From positions 69,347 to 133,346 of the forward strand of contig CAZCNP010000002.1 in assembly GCA_964500725.1 (NCBI GenBank): a DNA stretch of 64,000 nucleotides. The letters run 5' to 3'. Position 1 is the first letter of the stretch. The number at the start of each line of letters is the position of its first letter. The position numbers and the translations under genes are program-made. Positions 47,555 to 57,204 of this stretch are shown here, piece after piece. Under the pieces are notes generated by a model that had not been told where the DNA came from, made no database searches, and was given only the letters and a program-made list of their open reading frames with translations. Source of the stretch: an uncultured Gammaproteobacteria bacterium. GTDB lineage: Bacteria > Patescibacteriota > Microgenomatia > Daviesbacterales > UBA10151.

Positions 47555-48828
47555 AAATTATCTTCAATTTATTAAAAAATCCTCTCTTTTCAGGTAGTAT
47601 TATTATGATAATAGGTAGTAATGCATATAACGCTTTAAATTATTTGTTCCACTTGATTGTTGGTAGACTGCTAGGACCTCCAAGTTACGGAGAATTGGCT
47701 TCACTAATATCATTAGGAGGTCTTTTGGGAGTTATACCGGCAACTGCAAGTTTAGTGATAATAAAATATATTTCCGCTGCCAGGTCTGAGGATGAGATAG
47801 CGATACTGATTAGTTGGTTTAGAAGAAAGACTTTGCAGTTATCAGTTTTAGTCTTTATTCTTTTAATAATATTATCTCCTGTAATTAGATCGTTTCTAAA
47901 TATAAGTAATATATTTTATGTAAGCGGGCTTGCTATCAGTTTTTTGTTTTACTTACCTGCATTACTCAATAGAGCAATATTGCAGGGTTTACTGAAATTT
48001 AAGGAGCTGGTTGTAAGTATATTAATTGAGAATTGCATTAAATTAGTCGGTAGTATTTTTCTTATTTATTTAGGTTATCGTATTGGTGGAGTAATGATAG
48101 CAATTATTGTTTCTGCAGTTTTTAGTTTATATATTACATCTTATTATCTAAAAGTTAATAGCAAGAATAAATTAGGGGTACCTTCTGATATTAAGGCAAT
48201 GATGAAATATACATTTCCGGTTATTGTTCAGTCAATTGCTTTAACTTCTATTTATTCTTCTGACTTAATTTTAGTAAAGCATTTTTTTTCTCCGCATGAT
48301 GCTGGAATTTATGCCTCCTTATCCACTTTAGGAAAAATCATTTTTTTTGGTGCCGGTCCAATCGGAGCAGTTATGTTTCCTTTAGTCTCACAGAAACGGT
48401 CTAAAGGTGCCAGGTGCAATAAGGAAATATTTTATAGCTTTTTATCAACTTTAATTTTAGCAATATTTGTATTGTTAATTTATTGGTTATTCCCTCAGTT
48501 TGCTATAAATCTTCTTTACGGACAATCATTTCTAGAAGCTGTTCCTTTGCTAGTTTGGTTTGGAATATTTATGACATTTTTTACCCTAGCATCGCTTTTA
48601 GTAAGTTTTCATCTTTCTTTAGGCAATACAAAGGTAGTATTACTACCTGCAGTTGCGGCTATTGCCCAAGTTACCCTCATTTGGTTTTACCATGAAAGTC
48701 TATTTAGCGTAATTCAAATTTCACTTATGGTGAGTGCTTTACTACTTGCCTTTCTGCTTATATACTCTAGCTATGCAAAAAAGACTTCAGGAGATCAGAT
48801 TAATTTCAGTAATAGTTCCAGCATATAA
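47551..48828 (+). CDS. Second Wzx-like oligosaccharide flippase (MOP superfamily).
   Basis: ATGA overlap with the upstream gene. About 12-14 TM helices. LLGPPSYGELASLISLGGLLGVIPATASLVIIKYIS is typical of polysaccharide-biosynthesis (Wzx) family proteins. Confidence 0.7.
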   Translation: MKIIFNLLKNPLFSGSIIMIIGSNAYNALNYLFHLIVGRLLGPPSYGELASLISLGGLLGVIPATASLVIIKYISAARSEDEIAILISWFRRKTLQLSVLVFILLIILSPVIRSFLNISNIFYVSGLAISFLFYLPALLNRAILQGLLKFKELVVSILIENCIKLVGSIFLIYLGYRIGGVMIAIIVSAVFSLYITSYYLKVNSKNKLGVPSDIKAMMKYTFPVIVQSIALTSIYSSDLILVKHFFSPHDAGIYASLSTLGKIIFFGAGPIGAVMFPLVSQKRSKGARCNKEIFYSFLSTLILAIFVLLIYWLFPQFAINLLYGQSFLEAVPLLVWFGIFMTFFTLASLLVSFHLSLGNTKVVLLPAVAAIAQVTLIWFYHESLFSVIQISLMVSALLLAFLLIYSSYAKKTSGDQINFSNSSSI

Positions 48829-49594
48829 ACAAGAAAAAACAATAGCAGCAGATTTAAACAGAATAAGTAAAGTATTGAGTAAATTGCGTTTCCCCGCTGA
48901 ACTTATATGTGTAGTTGATGGTAAAGAAGATAAAACTTTTGATAATGCTCTGAAGCTTACTAAGAAGATTCCTAATATTAAAATAGTTGGGTATGAATCA
49001 AATAAAGGCAAGGGATATGCAATAAGATATGGAATGGCTGAAAGTAAAGGAGAGTTAATAGGATTTATCGATTCGGGAATGGATGTAAACCCTAATGGTT
49101 TGGCGATGCTTCTGGAACATTTTGAATGGTATGATGCAGATATTATTGTTGGCTCAAAGAGGCATCCAGTTTCAAAGGTGGTATATCCATGGCAGAGAAA
49201 GATTTTATCGTTTGGATACCAACTCTTAACTTTTCTTTTATTTGGCTTAAAGGTCAAAGATACTCAAGCGGGAATAAAATTTTTCAAAAGAGAGGTATTA
49301 GAAAAAGTTTTGCCAAGGGTGTTAGTAAAAAAGTTTGCTTTTGATGTAGAAATATTAGCTGTTTCAAATTATTTGGGATATAAAAGAATATATGAAGCCC
49401 CTGTTGATATTAAATTAAAATTTGGTGGCTCATCTACAATAACAAGTAAAAAATTTATAAAAGAGGTACTAGCTATGTTAATAGATACGTTTGCAGTTTT
49501 TTACCGATTAAAAATATTAAATTATTACTCAATAAACAACAGGCGTAAATGGAGGTTTGATCCCGAGTTAAATTTTAGGGTAAATATCGGATGA
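48773..49594 (+). CDS. GT2 DPM1-like glycosyltransferase.
   Basis: ISVIVPAYKQEKTI, ICVVDGKEDKT, FIDSGMDVNP (DxD region). Start at the internal Met (MQKRLQEIRL). Overlaps the flippase 3' end. Confidence 0.8.
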   Translation: MQKRLQEIRLISVIVPAYKQEKTIAADLNRISKVLSKLRFPAELICVVDGKEDKTFDNALKLTKKIPNIKIVGYESNKGKGYAIRYGMAESKGELIGFIDSGMDVNPNGLAMLLEHFEWYDADIIVGSKRHPVSKVVYPWQRKILSFGYQLLTFLLFGLKVKDTQAGIKFFKREVLEKVLPRVLVKKFAFDVEILAVSNYLGYKRIYEAPVDIKLKFGGSSTITSKKFIKEVLAMLIDTFAVFYRLKILNYYSINNRRKWRFDPELNFRVNIG

Positions 49595-50721
49595 ATATTT
49601 TGATTCTTTCTTGGCGAGGACCTAAGCACCCTAATGCTGGTGGAGCAGAAATTTCTACACATGAACATGCAAAAGGCTGGGTAAAGGTAGGTCATCAAGT
49701 AACTTTGTTTACCTCTGCTTTTGTAAACTGTAAAATGGAAGAAGTAATAGATGGTGTAAAAATAATAAGGCGAGGAAGGCAAATACTTGGGGTTCAATGG
49801 GAGGCTTTTAAATGGTATATATTCGGTAAACACCCTGAATTTGATTTAGTAATTGACCAATTTCATGGTATTCCTTTTTTTGCTCCGTTATATATAAAGG
49901 TTAAGAAGTTAGCATTTATTCATGAAGTAACTAAAGAAGTTTGGTGGTTAAATCCTTGGCCTTGGCCACTGAATAGGATGGTAGCCTTTATTGGAATTGT
50001 ATTTGAACCAGTAATATTTTGGTTATATAGACATATTCCATTTATGACGGTATCAAAGTCTACGCGAGATGATTTAGTTGCTTGGGGAATCCGAAAAGAT
50101 AAAATTACTATAGTCAATAATGGGGTAAAGTTTCCAAAAGTAATGAGTTTTCCCGAGAAAGAAGGCAAAAAAACTCTTATTTTTTTTGGAGCGTTAAGTA
50201 AGGATAAAGGTATAGAGGATGCGCTTATAACTTTTAGATTAGTTAGTCAGACGGAAAAGCAACTACAATTTTGGGTGATAGGTGAAGCTGACCCCAGGTA
50301 TTTACAAAGATTAAAATTGGAAAGTAAAAAGCTAGGAATTGATCAGCTAGTAAAATTTTGGGGGTTTGTTAATGAGAAGAAAAAGTTTGAATTATTGACA
50401 AAAGCCTATTTAGCAATAAACCCTTCTGTTAGGGAGGGTTGGGGTTTAGTTGTGATCGAAGCTGCTGCAATGGGAACTCCTACTATTGGTTATAATGTCC
50501 CTGGATTAAGAGACTCGATAATAGATGGAAAAACAGGTTTACTATCTAAGCCAACTCCCGAGTCTTTAGCAGAAAGAGTATTATATCTTTTGAGGAAAGA
50601 TGCATTATATAAAAAGCTGCAAACTAAATGTATTAAATGGAGTAAACAGTTTAATTGGAGCAAGTCGGTATTAAAGAGTGTAAAATTAGTAAAAGAGGTA
50701 CAATCTGAATTAGTTAATTGA
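49591..50721 (+). CDS. GT4 (GT-B) glycosyltransferase.
   Basis: ATGA overlap with the upstream gene. REGWGLVVIEAAAMGTPTIGYNVPGLRDSIIDGKTGLL (E-x7-E). Confidence 0.82.
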   Translation: MNILILSWRGPKHPNAGGAEISTHEHAKGWVKVGHQVTLFTSAFVNCKMEEVIDGVKIIRRGRQILGVQWEAFKWYIFGKHPEFDLVIDQFHGIPFFAPLYIKVKKLAFIHEVTKEVWWLNPWPWPLNRMVAFIGIVFEPVIFWLYRHIPFMTVSKSTRDDLVAWGIRKDKITIVNNGVKFPKVMSFPEKEGKKTLIFFGALSKDKGIEDALITFRLVSQTEKQLQFWVIGEADPRYLQRLKLESKKLGIDQLVKFWGFVNEKKKFELLTKAYLAINPSVREGWGLVVIEAAAMGTPTIGYNVPGLRDSIIDGKTGLLSKPTPESLAERVLYLLRKDALYKKLQTKCIKWSKQFNWSKSVLKSVKLVKEVQSELVN

Positions 50722-52521
50722 CTTTAGATCTTTCTTAACTTGATCGGTAATATCTAATACCTTTTTATCTATTAATCTCAGGGCAAAGAAATTATTTGAA
50801 TTGTAAAATATATCTTCAAAAATAAAGCCCTTGATGCCATCTCTGGTTACCATTAAGGATTTAAGTTTGTTAAAATCTGTAATTATTGGAGGAACCAGCT
50901 CTCTTCTAAAATTTATCTGCGGCCACCAGCCTGCCCAGCCAGCATTGCCATCTCCACGATATCCAGCGATAATATTTTTTTCGTAATAGTTCTTATTATT
51001 TAAGTCAGTATCCTTATCGATATATATCAAACGAGGATTTTCAATAGAAAGATTCTGATAATACGGTAGTAATTGTCCTCGCATGTAATTTTGATCCTCG
51101 AAATTACCAACAAACAGATAAGGGGAATCAAAAAGTTGTTTTATTTCCTGAACACTGATTACAAAATAAACCAGTATTAATAGGAAAGAAAAATACGCTA
51201 TTCTTTTGAAGAAGGTATTACGCAGTTTTTTATAAAGAACAACTGTAAATGTGCCAAGGAAAAAGTTTATGAATACCGTGGATAGCGTTAAGTAACGATG
51301 CTCGTTAAAAAAAAGAAGATTTCTTTCGTGGGTGCCTACCCACATACCAAAAATCATAATAAAAGAAAAAATAGGACCTAAGAAGAAGCCTACATATAGT
51401 GAGTTCCTATGTTCTAACCAATCTAAGAAAAAAGCTAGGGATAACCCTAAGATGTAAAAACCAATTGGGGATTTGTTTTCAAGATCAATTGAATAATTAG
51501 CGCCACCGGTTAATATAGAAGCTAGTAGTATACCAATAACCCATATTATAAAAGTGATCATAATGAATCTAGATGGATGCTTAGATAGAAGAAGCGCTAG
51601 TGCTGGCGTTAAGAAAAAAAATAGTAAATATATATAAGAGGGCCATATATAGGTTGGTAAGATAGTTGACGCAAATGCGGTAAAAGGTATTAACAGATAG
51701 CCGTTATCATTTCCAGATAAGTTATATTGTATTGTAAGGGCGAGAACAGTAGATATCCTTTCTGTAATATTGGCAGAGGTGATTAATGTTAGGATAATTG
51801 CTAGCAGTAGCGGTAATAAAAAAAAGACAAATCTCCTGATGTTTAAATTTAACTTATTACAAGATCTATTTCTAAATAAAACAAATAGTTCTGATAGTAA
51901 TATGATGATTACAAGAGGATAGGTTCTGGCGGTTGAAATAACAAAAGTTAAGAAAAGGAATATTAAGGCAAGGGGGTATAAGGGAAAGATTCTAGATTCC
52001 TTGCTTTTAATCAAATGGAAATATATCGTTAAAAATATTGACATAGTAGATATAGCTAAATAGTTTCCTGCAGTGACAACATTTAGTAAATCTCCTGTTG
52101 TGGCATAAGAAATGGCAAAAAAGATTGAAGAAACGAAAGCAACTAGGATACTCCCTGATAATACAAAAAATAGGGGATAAGTAGATAATGCAGCTAAAGC
52201 TTTAAAGAAATGTGCTGTTTGATGATAAGCAACAAAATTATCCCCCAAAAAGAAATTTAAAATACCGATATAATAATATTGGTGTAAATATAAGGTTGGC
52301 CATTCTTGGAGACTTTTCATAATGAATTGAACAGGATTTGGATATTGTCTTTTAAGTGTTATGAAAAAGGCAACAGACCCATCATCGATATCTCCAAAAC
52401 CATATTTTAATTGTGGTTGAAGAAGATAAATTTGACTTGCAAAAATAAGTGGAATAAGGATAAAGAAGAGGAAATGAGTTCTAAGCAATTTTTTAACACA
52501 ATTAACCAACTTAGCCTTCAT
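50710..52521 (-). CDS. Polytopic membrane protein (603 aa), putative GT-C glycosyltransferase or polymerase.
   Basis: First loop YGFGDIDDGSVAFFITLKRQY (acidic DD motif). At least 12 TM helices. The 3' end overlaps the convergent GT4 gene by 12 nt. Confidence 0.5.
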   Translation of the reverse strand: MKAKLVNCVKKLLRTHFLFFILIPLIFASQIYLLQPQLKYGFGDIDDGSVAFFITLKRQYPNPVQFIMKSLQEWPTLYLHQYYYIGILNFFLGDNFVAYHQTAHFFKALAALSTYPLFFVLSGSILVAFVSSIFFAISYATTGDLLNVVTAGNYLAISTMSIFLTIYFHLIKSKESRIFPLYPLALIFLFLTFVISTARTYPLVIIILLSELFVLFRNRSCNKLNLNIRRFVFFLLPLLLAIILTLITSANITERISTVLALTIQYNLSGNDNGYLLIPFTAFASTILPTYIWPSYIYLLFFFLTPALALLLSKHPSRFIMITFIIWVIGILLASILTGGANYSIDLENKSPIGFYILGLSLAFFLDWLEHRNSLYVGFFLGPIFSFIMIFGMWVGTHERNLLFFNEHRYLTLSTVFINFFLGTFTVVLYKKLRNTFFKRIAYFSFLLILVYFVISVQEIKQLFDSPYLFVGNFEDQNYMRGQLLPYYQNLSIENPRLIYIDKDTDLNNKNYYEKNIIAGYRGDGNAGWAGWWPQINFRRELVPPIITDFNKLKSLMVTRDGIKGFIFEDIFYNSNNFFALRLIDKKVLDITDQVKKDLKSIN

Positions 52522-52536
52522 TGTTACAATTATATA

Positions 52537-54249
52537 TTAAAACTCTTTCGGGTATTCAAGTGGATACTTAGAAATAATATATTCTCCTAGGATTAAATAA
52601 TCCATATTAGTTCTAAAAAAAGCGGATATAGCATCTTGAGGAGTACAAACGATTGGCTCTCCGGCAAGGTTGAAACTAGTATTTAATAGTGCAGGGATGC
52701 CTGTGAGTTTATAAAACTCATTTATAAGATTCCAATATCTTGGATTAGTTTTTTTAGATACGGTTTGAGGTCTAACTGTTTTATCAATATGCATTGCTGC
52801 AGTTATATCTTTTTGTTTTTCTAGGCATACTCTAGATGAAAGAATCATGAAGGGTGAATTAGGAGTATCAACTAAATAATCTTTTGCATATTCCTGGAGG
52901 ATTGATGGAGCAAACGGTCTCCAATTTTCTCGGCCTTTGACTTTAAGATTAACTAAGTCTTTCATCTTTGGTATCGAAGGGTCTGCCAAAATTGAACGGT
53001 TTCCTAAAGCTCTTGGTCCTACTTCCATTCTTCCTTGAAACCAACCGATTATTTTTCCTTCTGATATTAATTTTGCTACCCTTTTTTCAATATTTTCTTC
53101 TTTTTTATAAAATGGTAGGTCGGCTTTCTTGATGACTTTTAAAATTTGATCATTTGAGAAGGATGGTCCCCAATATGCATGGTTTAATTTAAAATCAGGC
53201 CTTTTTCCTAATACATCTGTATGAATTGCCAATGCAGCTCCCAGGGCGGTTCCGGCATCATTACTAGCAGGTTGAATATAAATATTTTTGACGAAAGATT
53301 GCTTTAAGACTTGAGTATTTGCTAGACAATTCAGCGAAACTCCTCCTGTTAAACAGAAGTTACTAATTCCAGACTTTTCATATAAATATTTCGCCATATA
53401 GATATATGCTTGTTCTATGGTTTTTTGTAGCGACCCAGCGATGTTTCTATTAGGCTTGTCTAATGGATTATTGGATAATTTCTTACTCATTTGATTTAAG
53501 TAAGTTATCATTTTATTTTTATCAACTCTCAAAAACCCATCTTTAAAGCTTACGAAAGGAAAAATATCTACATTTTTATCTGCATATGAAGATAACCCCA
53601 TAACCTTACCAGGCCCATCATAACCGTCAAAACCCAAAAACTCGGTAAAGAATCCATATAAAAAACCAAGGCTGTCATTAATAGGAATCCTTTTTAAAAT
53701 ATTAATCTTTTCCCCATTTCCTATTGCCAATATTCCAGCTTCCTGCCCCCCGCTTCCGTCCATAGATATAATACAAGCATTTTTCATACCGGAACAAAAA
53801 TAAGTACTGGTAATATGAGCAAGATGGTGTCTAATAAATTGCACTCTTTTCTCTCGCCAATTAAAGGGAAGATTTAGAAGACCTTGATAACAAACTAGAA
53901 ATGGTTGGATAATTCCATAAGCTGTACCTGTTATCCATTTAGATTCTATATTTAATTTTGTCCTATTAGTAGAAAGCGTATTTTTCAGTAGGGAAAAGGT
54001 TTTAGTAACTAAATTACTCGTCAAGATTGTCAGATAATTATTGGATCCAATCCCAATATAATCGAGATCATCAATGGTAATATTGCCTTCCTTCAGACAG
54101 TAGTTAATAGAGTGGTAAGCAGGCTGATTAATGGAATGTTTAACTCGGTTAAACCGCTCTTCTTCAGCGAACGCGATAAGTTTACCATCAATTATTAGAG
54201 CGGCGGCCGGATTTAATGAGATAGGATGCGAAATTCCTAATATTTTCAT
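52537..54249 (-). CDS. Carbamoyltransferase of the NodU/CmcH family (O-carbamoyltransferase).
   Basis: N-terminus MKILGISHPISLNPAAALIIDGKLIAFAEEERFNRVKH is the characteristic carbamoyltransferase N-domain signature. 570 aa, the typical size. Confidence 0.8.
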   Translation of the reverse strand: MKILGISHPISLNPAAALIIDGKLIAFAEEERFNRVKHSINQPAYHSINYCLKEGNITIDDLDYIGIGSNNYLTILTSNLVTKTFSLLKNTLSTNRTKLNIESKWITGTAYGIIQPFLVCYQGLLNLPFNWREKRVQFIRHHLAHITSTYFCSGMKNACIISMDGSGGQEAGILAIGNGEKINILKRIPINDSLGFLYGFFTEFLGFDGYDGPGKVMGLSSYADKNVDIFPFVSFKDGFLRVDKNKMITYLNQMSKKLSNNPLDKPNRNIAGSLQKTIEQAYIYMAKYLYEKSGISNFCLTGGVSLNCLANTQVLKQSFVKNIYIQPASNDAGTALGAALAIHTDVLGKRPDFKLNHAYWGPSFSNDQILKVIKKADLPFYKKEENIEKRVAKLISEGKIIGWFQGRMEVGPRALGNRSILADPSIPKMKDLVNLKVKGRENWRPFAPSILQEYAKDYLVDTPNSPFMILSSRVCLEKQKDITAAMHIDKTVRPQTVSKKTNPRYWNLINEFYKLTGIPALLNTSFNLAGEPIVCTPQDAISAFFRTNMDYLILGEYIISKYPLEYPKEF

Positions 54250-54368
54250 GAATGAAATTAGAGCTATTATAGAGTTTAACTATTTTTTAATCAATAGAAA
54301 CTGAAATTAGCTGTATTACTGAGTTTTACCATCTTGTATTATAGTTTTTAAATTTGGATAATCCTGTT
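54250..54368. promoter_or_regulatory. Putative divergent promoter region between the carbamoyltransferase gene (-) and the GT2 gene (+).
   Basis: 119 bp AT-rich non-coding gap, the largest in the locus. Candidate -10 elements (TATTATAG). Confidence 0.25.
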
Positions 54369-55196
54369 ATGCAAAGTGCTTTAGTTTCTATTGTCATAAC
54401 AACAAAGAATGAGGTAGATGTTATAGGCAGATTATTAAAAAGTATTAGAAAGCAGTCATATAGAAAAGTTGAAATTATTGTAGTTGATAATAAATCAACT
54501 GATAGAACAAAGGCAATTGCAAAAAAATTTACAAAAAAAATCTATGATAAAGGTTCAGAAAGATCATCACAAAGAAATTTTGGTGCCCAAAAAGCAAAGG
54601 GTAATTATTTACTTTTTATGGATGCTGATATGGAGTTGTCTGAAAGAGTTGTCGAGGCATGTGTCGTTAAGACAGAAGGAAGTGATAAGATTGTGGCGTT
54701 AATAGTTCCGGAAATATCTAAAGGAAAAGGGTATTGGGAAAAAGTGAAGGCATTTGAAAGATCCTTTTATAATATAGCAGGTGATGACATTACAGATGCA
54801 GCTAGATTTTTTAGAAGAGAAGTATTTGAAAAGGCTGGGGGTTATGATAAAGAATTAACTGGTACGGAGGATTGGGAATTAACAGATAGATTAAGAACAA
54901 AAGGATTTTTAATTGATAGAATTGATGCTTCAATTTATCATTATGAAAGGATTCCTAATTTGTATTCGCTTCTTAAGAAAAAATATTATTATGGCTTAAA
55001 AAGCTATATTTATATCAAAAAACATAGTTTACAAATAATGAATCCAAAAATAATATATTTCTTAAGGCCAGTATTTTATAAACAATGGCAAAGAATGATA
55101 AAGCACCCAGTTCTTACTCTGTCTATGTTTTTTATGTTTGTATTAGAGATGATAGCTGGGGGATTAGGGTATCTAAGAGGTAGATATTATGAGTAA
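54369..55196 (+). CDS. GT2 glycosyltransferase.
   Basis: Start at ATG 54369 (MQSALVSIVITTKNE). The track's start at 54354 is a TTG. KQSYRKVEIIVVDNKSTDRT, FMDADME (DxD). Confidence 0.8.
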   Translation: MQSALVSIVITTKNEVDVIGRLLKSIRKQSYRKVEIIVVDNKSTDRTKAIAKKFTKKIYDKGSERSSQRNFGAQKAKGNYLLFMDADMELSERVVEACVVKTEGSDKIVALIVPEISKGKGYWEKVKAFERSFYNIAGDDITDAARFFRREVFEKAGGYDKELTGTEDWELTDRLRTKGFLIDRIDASIYHYERIPNLYSLLKKKYYYGLKSYIYIKKHSLQIMNPKIIYFLRPVFYKQWQRMIKHPVLTLSMFFMFVLEMIAGGLGYLRGRYYE

Positions 55197-57189
55197 GCTC
55201 TCAGTTTTACAAATCTCACCATTCTTTTCACCTAATACAGGAGGGGTAGAAACCCATTTGGATGATTTGATAAAACTTGCAGGAAAAAGAAAGATTAAAA
55301 ATACTGTTATTGCGTATCAGCCCCTAGTGGGAAGCCAAAGAGATAAAGGTTTTGAAAGGAGGGGTAATAGCAAGATCTATAGAGTCAATTGGTTGAGGAA
55401 TATCTTTTATAAGACTGAAAAATATCCCATCCTTCATTTTATTTACCTAACTCCTTATTTAGCTTTAAGGAGTTTAATTATAATGAAAAAGGAAAGTAAG
55501 AAAATAGATATTGTGCATTCTCACGGCATAAATGCTGCAGTTATCGGAGTTTTAATAAAAAAGCTATTTAAGAAACCTTTAGTTGTAAGTCTCCATGTTG
55601 AATTAAATTTACTTAGAACGACATTTTCTACCAGGTTTATTTTGTTTTGTTTAAAAAAGGCAGACTGTATTTTAGTACTGACAAAAAAAACTAAAAAAAA
55701 GCTTATCAAATTAGGAATCGATGAAAGAAAAATTAAGCTTTTTTCGTATTGGGTTGACCAGCAAATTTTTAGTCCGCAAAATAAACAGCAAATAAGAAAA
55801 CAGCTGAAATGGGATATGCATTTTAATGTGCTTTTTGTTGGTCGTTTGGTTATTGAAAAGGGGGTTAAGGTTTTATTAGATGTTGCTAAGAAAATGCCGG
55901 ATATTCAATTTATTTTTGCAGGTACAGGCCAATTGGATAATGAAGTTAGGCAAAGAAGTAGGGAATATAATAATATTATTTACTTAGGAAAGATCTCTAA
56001 TACTAAGTTAACCACTTATTATAATGCTGCCGATGTGTTGGTGGTTCCTTCTCTAATAGAAAATGTAAAAAAAGAATACGAAGAAGGAGTTCCCAGGGTA
56101 ATAATAGAAGCATTATCTTGCGGTTTACCTATTATAGGAACTGATAACGGTGGAATGAAAGAGATAATTTCAGAGAGTATGGTAGGAAAAGTTTGCGAAG
56201 GCAGTTTGGAGGCCATAATTTTTGCTATAAGAGAGATATCAAATTCCAATCAAATGTATCAATACAAAAATAGGGCTAGGCAATATGCTTTAGAACGTTT
56301 TAATGAACGCAACGGTTTAATAATTATAGATACTTATGAAGAATTAAGGTTCCAGGCTTTAATTGAATCTAAATTAAAAGTCCTTTTAGAAAAAGTAGGA
56401 GATATGGCGTTAAAAAGGCGGGCTCACAGTGTAATTGAATCTTTGGACCTACAAAAGGGTAAGAAAATTTTGGATGTTGGTTGCGGGGATGGATTTTACC
56501 TTTATTTGTTATCAAATCTGGGAGTAAAGCTTAAGTTAGTAGGAATAGATTTAGAGGTAAGAGGTTTAAGAAGTGCCAAAAGGAATTTAAGAAAGAAAAG
56601 TATTACTTTTATCCAAGCTGATTTAATGAAGCGGTTACCGTTTGCTTCCAGCAGTTTTGATAATATAATCATGAGTGAAGTTGCAGAACACCTGTTAGAT
56701 GATGTTAAAGGCCTAAAAGAAGTTTATCGAATTTTAAAGCAAGGAGGTAAGCTTTTATTAACAGTGCCTTGTCAAAGTTATCCATTGTTATGGGATCCAG
56801 TAAATTGGATATTGGAACATTTATTTAAGACCCATATTAAAAGTGGTTTTTGGGCAGGTATTTGGAACCAGCATGTGAGGCTTTATTCTTTGAGAGGCAT
56901 TAATACGGTTCTAGAATCATCCGGTTTTAGTATAGAAAAATCCGAGATACAAACTTTCTGGTGCATTCCTTTTAATCACCATATTCTTAATTTAGGAGCA
57001 AGACTTCTAACAAGTAAGCGTTTGCCTAGCTCACTTGAGAATTCTGTTAATAAATTTTCGGAAAGCCCGAATAAAAATATTAATCCAATAAGCCTTTTTT
57101 TTGCAATTATTAATCTTATTGATAAACTGAATAATGTTTTATCAATTAATTCATCAGGAGTTTCAATTTTTGTTAAAGCAAGGAAATAG
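55189..57189 (+). CDS. Fusion protein: N-terminal GT4 glycosyltransferase and C-terminal class I SAM-dependent methyltransferase.
   Basis: Residues 1-390 are GT4 (GVPRVIIEALSCGLPIIGTDNGGMKEII). Residues about 400-600 carry the SAM-binding motif I ILDVGCGDGFY, acidic motif II (GIDLE), and LKQGGKLLLTVP (post-II/III). Confidence 0.8.
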   Translation: MSKLSVLQISPFFSPNTGGVETHLDDLIKLAGKRKIKNTVIAYQPLVGSQRDKGFERRGNSKIYRVNWLRNIFYKTEKYPILHFIYLTPYLALRSLIIMKKESKKIDIVHSHGINAAVIGVLIKKLFKKPLVVSLHVELNLLRTTFSTRFILFCLKKADCILVLTKKTKKKLIKLGIDERKIKLFSYWVDQQIFSPQNKQQIRKQLKWDMHFNVLFVGRLVIEKGVKVLLDVAKKMPDIQFIFAGTGQLDNEVRQRSREYNNIIYLGKISNTKLTTYYNAADVLVVPSLIENVKKEYEEGVPRVIIEALSCGLPIIGTDNGGMKEIISESMVGKVCEGSLEAIIFAIREISNSNQMYQYKNRARQYALERFNERNGLIIIDTYEELRFQALIESKLKVLLEKVGDMALKRRAHSVIESLDLQKGKKILDVGCGDGFYLYLLSNLGVKLKLVGIDLEVRGLRSAKRNLRKKSITFIQADLMKRLPFASSSFDNIIMSEVAEHLLDDVKGLKEVYRILKQGGKLLLTVPCQSYPLLWDPVNWILEHLFKTHIKSGFWAGIWNQHVRLYSLRGINTVLESSGFSIEKSEIQTFWCIPFNHHILNLGARLLTSKRLPSSLENSVNKFSESPNKNINPISLFFAIINLIDKLNNVLSINSSGVSIFVKARK

Positions 57190-57204
57190 ATTAATTATTT
57201 ATTA

